Shown piece by piece: positions 1-8,136 of a stretch of DNA of 30,138 bases. The notes under the pieces are model-generated. The model was not told the DNA's origin and made no database searches. It saw only the letters and a program-made list of their open reading frames with translations. The DNA is from Bdellovibrionales bacterium (GTDB taxonomy: Bacteria > Bdellovibrionota > Bdellovibrionia > Bdellovibrionales > UBA1609): the NCBI GenBank assembly GCA_050246815.1, contig JBFWVI010000015.1, positions 30,983 to 61,120 on the forward strand. Direction: 5' to 3'. Position numbers and translations under genes: made by a program. Position 1 is the stretch's first letter, and every line of letters starts with the position of its first letter.

Positions 1-260
1 AACAAGACCGTGCGATCTTGGTGAAAGTGGAAAGCCTCACTGAGCCCGGCGAAGTGGAAACCGTAAAAGTGTGCTCGTTCGACCAAAGCAGCGACATCAA
101 GTCAGTCGAGCAAAGCGAAAAAATGGCTTTGCTACGCCAAGCGTTCTCGCGCGGCGATCGAATCCAGATGAGCTACAACAGCCCCTTTGATCGTTGCTTA
201 TCTTCAATCAACTACAAAGCCGCGGTTGAAAAGGCCCAAGCCAACGGCAAAAGCATTTAA
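1..260 (+). CDS. Hypothetical protein, 3' part (5' end outside window)
   Basis: The frame of ORF 18..260 is open back to the window edge (CAA GAC CGT GCG ATC TTG GTG...) and ends at TAA 258-260. No recognisable motif. Confidence 0.6.
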   Translation, partial: QDRAILVKVESLTEPGEVETVKVCSFDQSSDIKSVEQSEKMALLRQAFSRGDRIQMSYNSPFDRCLSSINYKAAVEKAQANGKSI

Positions 261-482
261 GTCCGTTTGCCGTCCTGGCGCTGCAAATTTGACACTGAAA
301 ACACGGTGGAAAAAATCACCCTCAAAACTTGGCCACGCTTTGCTCGTTTCATCACGACTTCATCCATCAGCTCAGCTTACGGCGACCATCTGATCGTGCA
401 AACCGGTGGCGGCCAAAACCGTCACCTGGCAGATTTTAAACTCCTCAAATCCCTTTAAAAGCGAATCCATGTAAAAAGTACA

Positions 483-497
483 TGGCCCAAGGCTTGC
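483..497 (+). promoter_or_regulatory. Putative sigma54 (-24/-12) promoter
   Basis: TGGCCCAAGGCTTGC fits TGGC-N7-TTGC and lies ~55 nt upstream of the RBS-supported ATG at 554. Confidence 0.65.
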
Positions 498-553
498 TTT
501 TAGTGGCCATGGGTCGAATTGCGGCCCATGGAATTGCTTTGAGGAGACCTTAT

Positions 554-2290
554 ATGAAGCGTATCTCTTGGTCGTTTAAAGTTCTGGTTCTGGTTTTGGC
601 CGTCACCAGCGTTGCCTGTAACCGTGGCAACAGCCGCTCGCGCGGGCGCGTGAAGCAGACCGAAAATTTCGATCACCGTAAGCCGGGCACCAACTCGGAT
701 CAGGATTCCCAGGCTGAAACTCTTGCGGCCGAGAAATCCGCTGCAGAAAAAGCAGCCGCCGATCAGGCCGCCGCCGACAAAGCAGCGGCCGAGAAAAAGG
801 CTGCCGCTGCCAGCACGACCAGTGGTGGTTATGCGGTTCGCCGATCGCCTGAAAGTGGAACCGCCACGGCGGCCGTTTCGGCTGCGGCCGCAACCGCGGT
901 TGTAGCTGCACCAGCCGCTAAGGCTGCCGACAACCGCCCGACTTATTTCAACACCAGTGATATCGTGGGAGTGACTTCGTTGCGCGCAGCTGGTGCTTCT
1001 AGCCCACAAGGCGGCGCCATCGTTCGATCGAATTCGGCTTCTGCTCAAGATAATGGTGTCACCTTTGTCCAATCCAGCGAAATCGTGCGTGGCCACGGAA
1101 CCACAGGTTCCGGCGGCGCGAACGGCTTCAGCGATGGCGGCGTTCGCCAAGTGGTGGTGGCCGGTCCCGGTTATCCCCAGGGTTATGAACCCACCGACCG
1201 CCCCAACTACAGCGGTCTGCTCGATCAACGCGGTCAGGCCTACACCGACAACAAAGACGATTCGATTATGGCCGTATTGGTTCACCGCATGAACAATATG
1301 GATTCTGCCCTTCGTGCCGACAGCGAGCAGTTGGCTCAAGCTGTCAGTCGCGTGAATTTGATCATTGATCGCCAGGTGGTCAGCCTTGATTTGTCGTTTC
1401 AATTTGAAGACCGCGTGGTCGAGGCCACTTTTAGCGGTTATTTAAACAACCGCCATGCCTCCACCAACCTGACTCAGCGTTCTGGCAGCGAACAATTCAA
1501 CGTGCATATGCTTTGCGCCGACGCCCAGGTGTCACAAAATGTGTTGTGCCGCAATGCTATTTTGACCATCGATCAATTGAAAGACGGTCAAGTGTGCCGC
1601 CGCATCTATGCGGTTCACCGCTGGATGTTCGACAAAGTGGGCGATGGCCACTTCACTTTGTCGAAAGAAGATTTTGAATTGTCGACCAAGATTTACGAGG
1701 AAGACAAAGCCATCCAAAAAGCGCAAAAAGAAAACAAAAAATACGAAAAAGAATTGGTCGTCAAAAACCGCGCTCTGCGTGCGTTCTTGCGCCTGGTGGG
1801 CAACACCATTCACTACAATCGCGTGTTCATCCACAATGAGCCCGTGCGTTTAGCGTCTGGTGAAAACACTCAGTTGGCCCGCACTCCTCGCTTGGGCTTT
1901 TTGGGCGTTCGCTCGTGGGCTGTGGCCTACGGTCCCTCGTTTGTCGAAATCACCATGAACAAGGCCAAAGCCGGTGGCAATGGTGCGTTGTCTGACAGCA
2001 CTCGTTTCTTCGGTCTGTTGACCAAACCCCGCATGCCCGGGGAGCTCGCCACCGACTTAAACCGCGAAGGCGAATACTCAACCCCGCAGATCGACGATCG
2101 CTATGACGAGCGTCTTGCTCAGACCATTCAAAAGGCCGCTTTGCTCGACAACGATGGCCGCGGCAACTTGGCCCTGAATTTGGAATTCAAAGACAGCAAA
2201 GTAGGCGTCGCCAGCAGCCGCGTGAACTTCACCGGCCTGCACTTGAATGTGTTAAGCAGCAACGAATTGCTTGAAGTTGTGCCGAAGTAA
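554..2290 (+). CDS. Large lipoprotein of unknown function with Ala/Lys-rich low-complexity N-terminal region
   Basis: GAGGAG RBS at 541-546 favours ATG 554 over 482. MKRISWSFKVLVLVLAVTSVAC is a signal peptide II with lipobox SVAC. AAEKS/AAEKA/AADQA/AADKA repeats follow. Confidence 0.8.
   Translation: MKRISWSFKVLVLVLAVTSVACNRGNSRSRGRVKQTENFDHRKPGTNSDQDSQAETLAAEKSAAEKAAADQAAADKAAAEKKAAAASTTSGGYAVRRSPESGTATAAVSAAAATAVVAAPAAKAADNRPTYFNTSDIVGVTSLRAAGASSPQGGAIVRSNSASAQDNGVTFVQSSEIVRGHGTTGSGGANGFSDGGVRQVVVAGPGYPQGYEPTDRPNYSGLLDQRGQAYTDNKDDSIMAVLVHRMNNMDSALRADSEQLAQAVSRVNLIIDRQVVSLDLSFQFEDRVVEATFSGYLNNRHASTNLTQRSGSEQFNVHMLCADAQVSQNVLCRNAILTIDQLKDGQVCRRIYAVHRWMFDKVGDGHFTLSKEDFELSTKIYEEDKAIQKAQKENKKYEKELVVKNRALRAFLRLVGNTIHYNRVFIHNEPVRLASGENTQLARTPRLGFLGVRSWAVAYGPSFVEITMNKAKAGGNGALSDSTRFFGLLTKPRMPGELATDLNREGEYSTPQIDDRYDERLAQTIQKAALLDNDGRGNLALNLEFKDSKVGVASSRVNFTGLHLNVLSSNELLEVVPK
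725..811 (+). repeat. Degenerate 15-bp (5-aa AAEKA/AADKA) tandem repeats inside the lipoprotein gene
   Basis: The translation here reads AAEKSAAEKAAADQAAADKAAAEKKAAAA. Confidence 0.7.
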
Positions 2291-2296
2291 ACGCAT

Positions 2297-2320
2297 AAGC
2301 CACCCGCTCGAGGGTGGCTT
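2297..2320 (+). terminator. Stem-loop, probable intrinsic terminator of the lipoprotein gene
   Basis: AAGCCACCC-GCTCGA-GGGTGGCTT is a perfect 9-bp inverted repeat 6 nt after the stop codon. The U-tract is weak. Confidence 0.6.
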
Positions 2321-2420
2321 GTTGCAGCCCGCGTCAAGCTTGCGGCAACACTTGTGAGTTCACGAATTCCAGTGTGAAAATACAGGTCTAGAACTTTGCA
2401 CCACAACAAGATGAGCAACT

Positions 2421-3338
2421 ATGAAAATCAGCACCGACACCAAAAGCGAGCAGTTTTCGCTCTTGCCTGAAGCCCCACAGCCGCAGCTGGCCGCCTACTC
2501 CGACTACCGGGTGTACTTGCGCGACTTTTACGAATACAAGCGCCGCCAAACTTCGGGATCGATTCGGCCTTATTCGTATGCCACTTTTTCTGCCGGAGCA
2601 GACATCCGTTCGCCCAATTATTTAAAAATGATCATCGAGGGCCAACGCAATCTTTCCAATGACATGGTCAAAAAATTCGCTAAAGCCTTGGGGTTGACCA
2701 AAGATGAGACCGAAGAGTTTTCAGCCCTTGTCGATTATAGCCAAGCCACCGACCCCTTGGATCGCAACCAGCACTTAAAAAAACTCTCTGAGCTGCGCGC
2801 CCAGCGCCAGGTGAAATCGGGCGAAATCAAAGCCGAAGCTTTGGACAAAGTCCCAAGTTGGGTGACCTGGGTGCTTTATGCCCTGGCCGAACAAAAAGAC
2901 GCCAAGTTCGATTACGACCGCCTATATGAAATCATGAAAGGCAAAGCCCAGCGCGACGACATTCGTCGTAGTCTGGGCCGCCTGGTGCAATCGGGAGATC
3001 TGACCATCGATCCTGAGACCGGTGACATCAACAAAGGCCGCGAGCTGATCTCGGGCAGTGAAGACATCCCGGTGGCTTTGGTGCGTAAACTTCAAAGTGA
3101 ATTGATCTACATGGCGCTTGAGGCGCTCTTTCAAGAGAACATCCAAGACCGCGAATTCGGCGCCATGACTGTCGCCCTGACCGAAGAGGAATTCGAGCAG
3201 CTGAAATTCGAATTGCGCCAATTCCGCAAACGTTGGTTTAAAGACGTGGCGGTCAAACGCAAATCGGGTAAAGGGGATCGGGTTTTTCAGATGAACATCC
3301 AGCTTTTCCCGCTGACCGCTCGTTCAACCCAGAAGTAA
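2421..3338 (+). CDS. TIGR02147 family protein (N-terminal HTH-like region, C-terminal DUF4423)
   Basis: Characteristic N-terminus YSDYRVYLRDFYEYKR...YSYATFS...SPNYLKMIIEGQRNLS and C-terminus REFGAMTVAL...VFQMNIQLFPLT. Confidence 0.9.
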   Translation: MKISTDTKSEQFSLLPEAPQPQLAAYSDYRVYLRDFYEYKRRQTSGSIRPYSYATFSAGADIRSPNYLKMIIEGQRNLSNDMVKKFAKALGLTKDETEEFSALVDYSQATDPLDRNQHLKKLSELRAQRQVKSGEIKAEALDKVPSWVTWVLYALAEQKDAKFDYDRLYEIMKGKAQRDDIRRSLGRLVQSGDLTIDPETGDINKGRELISGSEDIPVALVRKLQSELIYMALEALFQENIQDREFGAMTVALTEEEFEQLKFELRQFRKRWFKDVAVKRKSGKGDRVFQMNIQLFPLTARSTQK

Positions 3339-3349
3339 CTCGACCTTTT

Positions 3350-3384
3350 AAAAAACAAGAGCCAGGCTTTTAAGGGCCTGGCTC
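3350..3384 (-). terminator. Intrinsic terminator oriented for the minus strand
   Basis: 9-bp stem GAGCCAGGC/GCCTGGCTC (3359-3384). It is followed by TTGTTTTTT only on the minus strand; the plus strand continues ACAAG. Confidence 0.75.
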
Positions 3385-3555
3385 ACAAGAATTAATCAAT
3401 TAAAGGTCCCAAGAGGAATCACTTCTTTAAGCCTTAGCGACGAACTTAAAGGGGGCTTTACAGCACCCTAGACTTTCGAGGGGGGGAGGGGGAAAGCGCC
3501 CATCGCTAAGACTTACAGAAACAGCCAACGTCCAACTTCCACATACGTACAGCAA
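3350..3555 (-). ncRNA. Candidate sigma54-dependent structured small RNA (~200 nt; ends approximate)
   Basis: Bounded by a sigma54 motif (3567-3581) and a minus-strand terminator. 3423-3442 pairs with 3501-3520 (17 Watson-Crick pairs, 2 G-U that work only on the minus strand, 1 mismatch). This stem encloses a C-rich-loop hairpin and a GTAA-tetraloop hairpin. No credible ORF. Confidence 0.6.
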
Positions 3556-3565
3556 AGGATGTATT

Positions 3566-3582
3566 AGCAATCTGCGCGCCAA
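3566..3582 (-). promoter_or_regulatory. Putative sigma54 promoter of the candidate sRNA
   Basis: The minus strand reads TTGGCGCGCAGATTGCT, close to the TGGCAC-N5-TTGCW consensus. Confidence 0.75.
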
Positions 3583-4056
3583 GACGCAATGGGTCACAGA
3601 AAATAGGGGCTCAATTTCTCAAGTATCAATAGATTTCAGTTGGAGTTGGCAAAGCCGCATCAGATTAGGTTTTCAAGATTTGAAGTCCGAAAAAAGAGCC
3701 GACAAATAGCGTCACTCGGCCGCCGAATGGTCCCTTTGCGGCGCCAGCTCTTAACAAAAATTCACGAGTGACTAAGTAAAAAACGTTATGGTTGGGCAAA
3801 AGAATTTTGTGGTTATCAGTGAACTTGAGAGGGAAAACTTCCCGAAGAGCGCTTTCCCTCTCCCCCTCGAAATCGAAAATAGATGTAGCAAATAAACTGA
3901 GGATAATCTGCTCACATTTCCTCACACTAACGCGCGCGCTTAGCCTGAAATTTTGACCAAATCCCAGTCACGATGTCTTATTTTGAGACTGAAGAGACGG
4001 GAGTCTGTCTTTACGCCCCCAATTGCCGCAAAATTAAAGACGGGTGTGAGGGGCTT

Positions 4057-4569
4057 GTGCAAAAAATCATTCTAAGCCGATTTTTAATAATGACCGCCAC
4101 AGGTTTAATCCTTGGAGCCTTCTTTCAAAACTGCGGTTCTTATACGGCCATCAAATCGGGTTCGCCCCTGGTTTACAAAATCGACAATGGTCAAACGTTC
4201 ACCGCACAGGCTTTGTCGTCTGATGATCGTCAGGCTGTCTGTCGCGGGCAACACAATTGGCATTGTGTGATCCATCAGTTTCGGCCTGACAATACCCAAT
4301 CAAGCACACCCGGCGAAGTCTGCAACGGCGATTTTTGTGTGGATGCCACGTTGGTCCACCATGGCTCGGCAGAAGCTTTGGGCTCCTGCCGAGATTGCAC
4401 CGAGGCCGATGGCCAACCGGGCGGTCGATATCATTATGATGAAGTCTATTGTGGAAATCAGAACATCACCCAAGAGGGATCTGTGACAGCGGCCATCGTG
4501 GCCAACTCTTCGATCCCACAGCTCGCGTTGGCGGAGGCCCTGAATATATGTTTAATTGCAGCCGAATAG
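4057..4569 (+). CDS. Cys-rich lipoprotein of unknown function
   Basis: GTG 4057 is preceded by GAGGGG. The signal peptide ends in FFQNC, a lipobox type common in Bdellovibrio-like organisms. The mature part has 8 further Cys. Confidence 0.7.
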   Translation: MQKIILSRFLIMTATGLILGAFFQNCGSYTAIKSGSPLVYKIDNGQTFTAQALSSDDRQAVCRGQHNWHCVIHQFRPDNTQSSTPGEVCNGDFCVDATLVHHGSAEALGSCRDCTEADGQPGGRYHYDEVYCGNQNITQEGSVTAAIVANSSIPQLALAEALNICLIAAE

Positions 4570-5243
4570 TTTTTGCGTTGCTGATGGTGGCCTTTGGCTT
4601 TGAGGCCGCGGCCCATGTGCGTTTTACGGTTCCGGTGCCGCGCTCGCAGGCGGATGGGTTAAAGACACCTCCTTGTGGGAATATCCCGCGCACAGCCCAA
4701 GTCACCGAGCTTCGCCCCGGACAAGTGATGCAAATCAGCTGGACCGAGGTCATCAATCATCCGGGCTTTTTTTCGGTGGACATTTCGCAGGCCAATGACC
4801 AGAACTTCCAAGAGATCTGGCGTTTTGAAGACAACCAAAACACAGTCGGTTCACACAACTTCACCGGCACCATCACCATTCCCAACATCACTTGCGCCAA
4901 CTGCACGATTCGCCTTATTCAGCACATGCTTGAAGATCCCAACATGCCTTCGCTTTATTACTCTTGTTCGGATATCTCGATCGCGGCAGACAGTGGGGGC
5001 ACGGTGACTTTGCCGTCGCAACCCGGTGGCAATGGCGACTTGGGTGGCTCAGGCGGAAAATTAGGTAAACCAGGTCAGATGGCCGGTGGCTGTGGTCTGG
5101 TGGCCCGCACGAGCGATCGCTCGGGTGGTGGTCCCACGCCGCCGATGGTGGGCTTTATTTTGATGAGCCTGATACTGCCGCTCATCACCTGGCACCGACT
5201 AGGCCATGTGCCCAGTCGGGTTACTGCCAGGCGTCGTCGCTAG
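4548..5243 (+). CDS. SCE4755-family polysaccharide monooxygenase-like (LPMO-like, His-brace) protein with C-terminal membrane anchor
   Basis: GGAGG precedes ATG 4548. The signal peptide ends AAA and the mature protein starts with His (HVRFTVP). Motifs PCG, W-x-E-x-INHPG, CxNCTIRLIQ and YYSCSDI. Gly-rich linker, GGCG, TM helix and RRRR tail. Confidence 0.75.
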   Translation: MFNCSRIVFALLMVAFGFEAAAHVRFTVPVPRSQADGLKTPPCGNIPRTAQVTELRPGQVMQISWTEVINHPGFFSVDISQANDQNFQEIWRFEDNQNTVGSHNFTGTITIPNITCANCTIRLIQHMLEDPNMPSLYYSCSDISIAADSGGTVTLPSQPGGNGDLGGSGGKLGKPGQMAGGCGLVARTSDRSGGGPTPPMVGFILMSLILPLITWHRLGHVPSRVTARRRR

Positions 5244-5794
5244 AACCAATATTTCAAAGCCCCATTTAAAGAAAACGTGTCGGCACCCGAATTACTGACG
5301 AACAGGTAATTGGCGTTGGCGCCCACGGTGAACTCGCGCCGTTCAACAGTAGAACCTGCGATAGGCACGTCAAAGCCACCCAGCACGGCCAAACCCATGC
5401 GGGTGTCGGTGTCATCGCCGCTGGTGTCGCGGACCACTCCCGCACCGGCGCCTAAAAAAGTATGACGAACAAAGGTGTTCCCACTGAAGTTGTAAGTGCC
5501 TCGGGCCAGCAAGTGGCTTCGATCCAAGTCGGCCTTGCCCTGACCGTTACTGGAAAATGTTGAAAACTCCAAAGCTACGCCAATCGGCACATAGGGTTGA
5601 AATCCGATCTCGGCCCCAAACTCACCGGCGGTATTGTAATTTTCGTTGGTGTCTGAAAGCCCGGCGCGAACGCCGAAGTGGGGTTTCATGGCCTCAAGTG
5701 AGCCGGCCTCGGCCGGGGTCGGCATCGTCGAGGTTTGGGCCTGCGCCACAGTAGTAAGAATCAGTAGCGTCAGGGCCAAGAATGGTTTTTTCAT
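5240..5794 (-). CDS. Small outer-membrane beta-barrel protein
   Basis: AAAGGAG RBS, signal peptide (AQA), alternating amphipathic strands, C-terminal LKYWF beta-signal. Confidence 0.8.
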   Translation of the reverse strand: MKKPFLALTLLILTTVAQAQTSTMPTPAEAGSLEAMKPHFGVRAGLSDTNENYNTAGEFGAEIGFQPYVPIGVALEFSTFSSNGQGKADLDRSHLLARGTYNFSGNTFVRHTFLGAGAGVVRDTSGDDTDTRMGLAVLGGFDVPIAGSTVERREFTVGANANYLFVSNSGADTFSLNGALKYWF

Positions 5795-7370
5795 AGTTTC
5801 TCCTTTGATGGTTTGAGATCGCGGTTGGGATTTCGAGATTTGAATCTGAAAGTGGTTTAAGGTCTTGGCTGGCTGGCCCTTCGATCACTTTGCCATGGCA
5901 GTCGAAACGCGAGCCGTGGCAGGGGCAGTCCCAAGATTTTTCAACGCCGTTCCAATGGACCAGGCCACCTAAGTGGGGGCAGGCGGCGGAGTAGGCTTCC
6001 AGATCGCCCCGTTCGTTGCGGAACAGAGCCACTTTCCGTAAGCCATAGTTGATGACGGCCCCGTCATTGTAAGCCAAATTTTCAATCACTTGAGCCGATT
6101 GTGGTGAAATCCAATCGGCGTATTGCATGGCCACATTGGCGTTTTCCTTGATGTACTCAGTCAGTGCGCGCAGACGAAAGCGTGAGGGTTCATAGACATG
6201 AGCCCAAGAGTTCTCAAGTCGCAAAATCTGGTCGCGCACTAACAGCGCGCCCACCGTGGATTGGCTCAGGCCTGTTCCCGACTGTCCGGTGATCACATAG
6301 ACGTTTTCATTGTCCAAGGGGTTGTGGCCCAAGTAGGCCAAGCCATCGATAGATTCCATGATTTGGCCCGACCAGCGGTAAGCCACTTCGCTGGCAAACG
6401 GAAAGCGACTTTCGGTCCATTCTCGCAAACGCGCAAAACAATCCTCGGGGTGGTCATTTTGCCCGGTTTTATGATCCTCGCCACCAACAATTAAAAGATC
6501 GTGCAGTGAAGAATAGGGATGCGTGCGCAAGTAGTGGTAGGGTGTGCCGGTGTCCCAATAAAGGCCAAGGTGCACTTCATTTTTCGGAATTTTATAAGCC
6601 AAAACGTAAGAGCGATAAGGTGCTTGCTTAGTATGAATTGCGAAAACATTATTGATCGGCGTGTTTGTGGCCACCACCGCAGCGTGGGATTTGATCGAAT
6701 GGCCAGACGCCGTAATCACCGTGGCGCTTTTGCCGCCTTGAATCGTGGTGACTTGGCTGTGACAAAAGATGCGGCCTTTATTGGCCAACACTTGCTTGGC
6801 CAAGCCGCGCAGGTATTTTAGGGGATTGAGCTGGATCTGATTGGGAAAGATCAAGCAGTTGCCGGTTTCAAAGGTGGGCAGTGGCGCTTGCGAAGCTGCG
6901 TGCACATCGTTTAAACCGGCCCGGTGCGCGGCGCTCAATTCGCGCGGCAGCTCATCGTCGTTCAATTGAGCGGAATTTTCAAAGAGGTAACCACTGACTC
7001 TTTTGTAATCGCAATCGATCGCACTTTGAATCAGGATTTGGTCGACCGTATTCAGTGCCGCGACCTGGCTTTGGGCCACCAGGCGGGTGTCGGCGACGCC
7101 GTGCAACTCTTCAAGACGATGATAGCGAGTGTCCAAGGCGGCGGTGACATGGCCGGTGCTTAAGCCGGTTTGGCCCTCACCCAAATTTTGGCTTTCAAGC
7201 ACGCAGACCTTTTGGCCGCGTTCGCTTAGCAAATAAGCCGTGGTCAATCCGGCAATGCCCGCACCCACCACGCACACATCGCAGATCAAATTGTCACTCA
7301 AGGCCGGGCATGCCGGCATTTTGACGTCATCATGCCAGGGTGTTGATGTGGACGCGATCGAAGTTTTCAT
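5694..7370 (-). CDS. FAD-dependent oxidoreductase (DAO family) fused to a C-terminal Rieske 2Fe-2S domain (YhfW-like)
   Basis: DVCVVGAGIAG Rossmann motif. Rieske motifs CPHLG and WDCPCHGSRF. Start taken at ATG 7370 (MKTSIAS). Confidence 0.9.
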   Translation of the reverse strand: MKTSIASTSTPWHDDVKMPACPALSDNLICDVCVVGAGIAGLTTAYLLSERGQKVCVLESQNLGEGQTGLSTGHVTAALDTRYHRLEELHGVADTRLVAQSQVAALNTVDQILIQSAIDCDYKRVSGYLFENSAQLNDDELPRELSAAHRAGLNDVHAASQAPLPTFETGNCLIFPNQIQLNPLKYLRGLAKQVLANKGRIFCHSQVTTIQGGKSATVITASGHSIKSHAAVVATNTPINNVFAIHTKQAPYRSYVLAYKIPKNEVHLGLYWDTGTPYHYLRTHPYSSLHDLLIVGGEDHKTGQNDHPEDCFARLREWTESRFPFASEVAYRWSGQIMESIDGLAYLGHNPLDNENVYVITGQSGTGLSQSTVGALLVRDQILRLENSWAHVYEPSRFRLRALTEYIKENANVAMQYADWISPQSAQVIENLAYNDGAVINYGLRKVALFRNERGDLEAYSAACPHLGGLVHWNGVEKSWDCPCHGSRFDCHGKVIEGPASQDLKPLSDSNLEIPTAISNHQRRNYEKTILGPDATDSYYCGAGPNLDDADPGRGRLT

Positions 7371-7382
7371 AACCCGTGTTTT

Positions 7383-7398
7383 TGCAAAGTCCACGCCG
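7383..7398 (-). promoter_or_regulatory. Putative sigma54 promoter of the FAD/Rieske gene
   Basis: The minus strand reads CGGCGTGGACTTTGCA (GG-N10-GC with TTGCA). The predicted +1 falls within a few nt of ATG 7370. Confidence 0.55.
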
Positions 7399-7514
7399 CG
7401 CTTATAAAGCAATGGGACTTCGACAGGCCCGGCCCTTGAGGAATTTTGCCTCTGCATTCATGTGAACTGAGGCATGAACGGGATTCATCGCCGCGTTTAT
7501 TAAGGGGCCCAAGC

Positions 7515-7530
7515 TGGAAAGATTTTTGCA
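7515..7530 (+). promoter_or_regulatory. Putative sigma54 promoter of the hemerythrin gene
   Basis: TGGAAAGATTTTTGCA (GG-N10-GC with TTGCA) lies ~33 nt upstream of ATG 7563. Confidence 0.6.
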
Positions 7531-7562
7531 AGCATAGACCAGTAGACAAGGGGGAGGGGGAA

Positions 7563-8102
7563 ATGAGTCTCAATATTTATGATGTGTTGAAGAAAGATCA
7601 CAATAAGATCAAAAGTCTGCTTCAGGAATTGGTCGACTGCGAAATGGTGGACGGCATGCGCTGTCAGGATTTGGTAGAGGCTTTGCACTTTGAGTTGCTA
7701 CCGCACACGCATGCCGAAGAGGCGGTTTTTTACAATTCGTTGAGGTCCTTGCGCGCGGCCCGCCCAACCATAATGCATTCTTATGAAGAGCATATGGAAA
7801 TCGAAAATCTGCTGCGCGCACTGCAAATCCAAAGTGGCTTTGACGACCATTGGATCAACACGGCCCACAAATTGAAAGCCGCTATCGAACGGCATTTAAA
7901 AGAGGAAGAGGGGTCAATTTTTAATATGGCGCAAAGTTTATTTCTGCGCGAAGAAGAAAAAATGATGGGCGAAGCGTTTTTAAGGCTAAGGCCGCAAGTC
8001 GCAGAGGAAGGCCTCGTGCGAGTGACCTTGGACGCGATCGCCGATTTGATGCCGACGCGCTTTGCTGCGACGTTGCGCACTTTTGATTTGAATCCGAAGT
8101 AG
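7563..8102 (+). CDS. Hemerythrin/HHE cation-binding domain protein
   Basis: Motifs LKKDH, HTHAEEAVFY, EEH and HLKEEE. A G-rich SD precedes ATG 7563. Confidence 0.9.
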   Translation: MSLNIYDVLKKDHNKIKSLLQELVDCEMVDGMRCQDLVEALHFELLPHTHAEEAVFYNSLRSLRAARPTIMHSYEEHMEIENLLRALQIQSGFDDHWINTAHKLKAAIERHLKEEEGSIFNMAQSLFLREEEKMMGEAFLRLRPQVAEEGLVRVTLDAIADLMPTRFAATLRTFDLNPK

Positions 8103-8136
8103 CCATTGCAAGGCCGGCCGTGTTAGGTTTTTTGCC

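Noticed and set aside
187..458. Short ORFs 187..393 and 267..458
   Set aside because: TTG starts without an RBS, no motifs, overlap with the upstream gene or regulatory region.
500..1402. 300-aa antisense ORF (and similar long shadow ORFs such as 8167..8841 and 14834..15382)
   Set aside because: They lie opposite well-supported genes and are expected from GC-rich codon bias.
2385..2399. Possible sigma54 motif upstream of the TIGR02147 gene (also 523-537)
   Set aside because: The spacing is GG-N11-GC, whereas sigma54 needs N10.
3506..3544. 12-aa ORF MWKLDVGCFCKS inside the candidate sRNA
   Set aside because: No SD, and its 3' half lies in the long stem. It cannot be excluded without Ribo-seq.
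3665..3925. 86-aa minus-strand ORF in the intergenic region
   Set aside because: No RBS or motif and atypical composition; the region is better explained as regulatory or RNA.
3975..3989. Imperfect palindrome GTCTTA-TTT-TGAGAC upstream of the Cys-rich lipoprotein
   Set aside because: A single clear instance; it may be an operator but cannot be assigned from this window.
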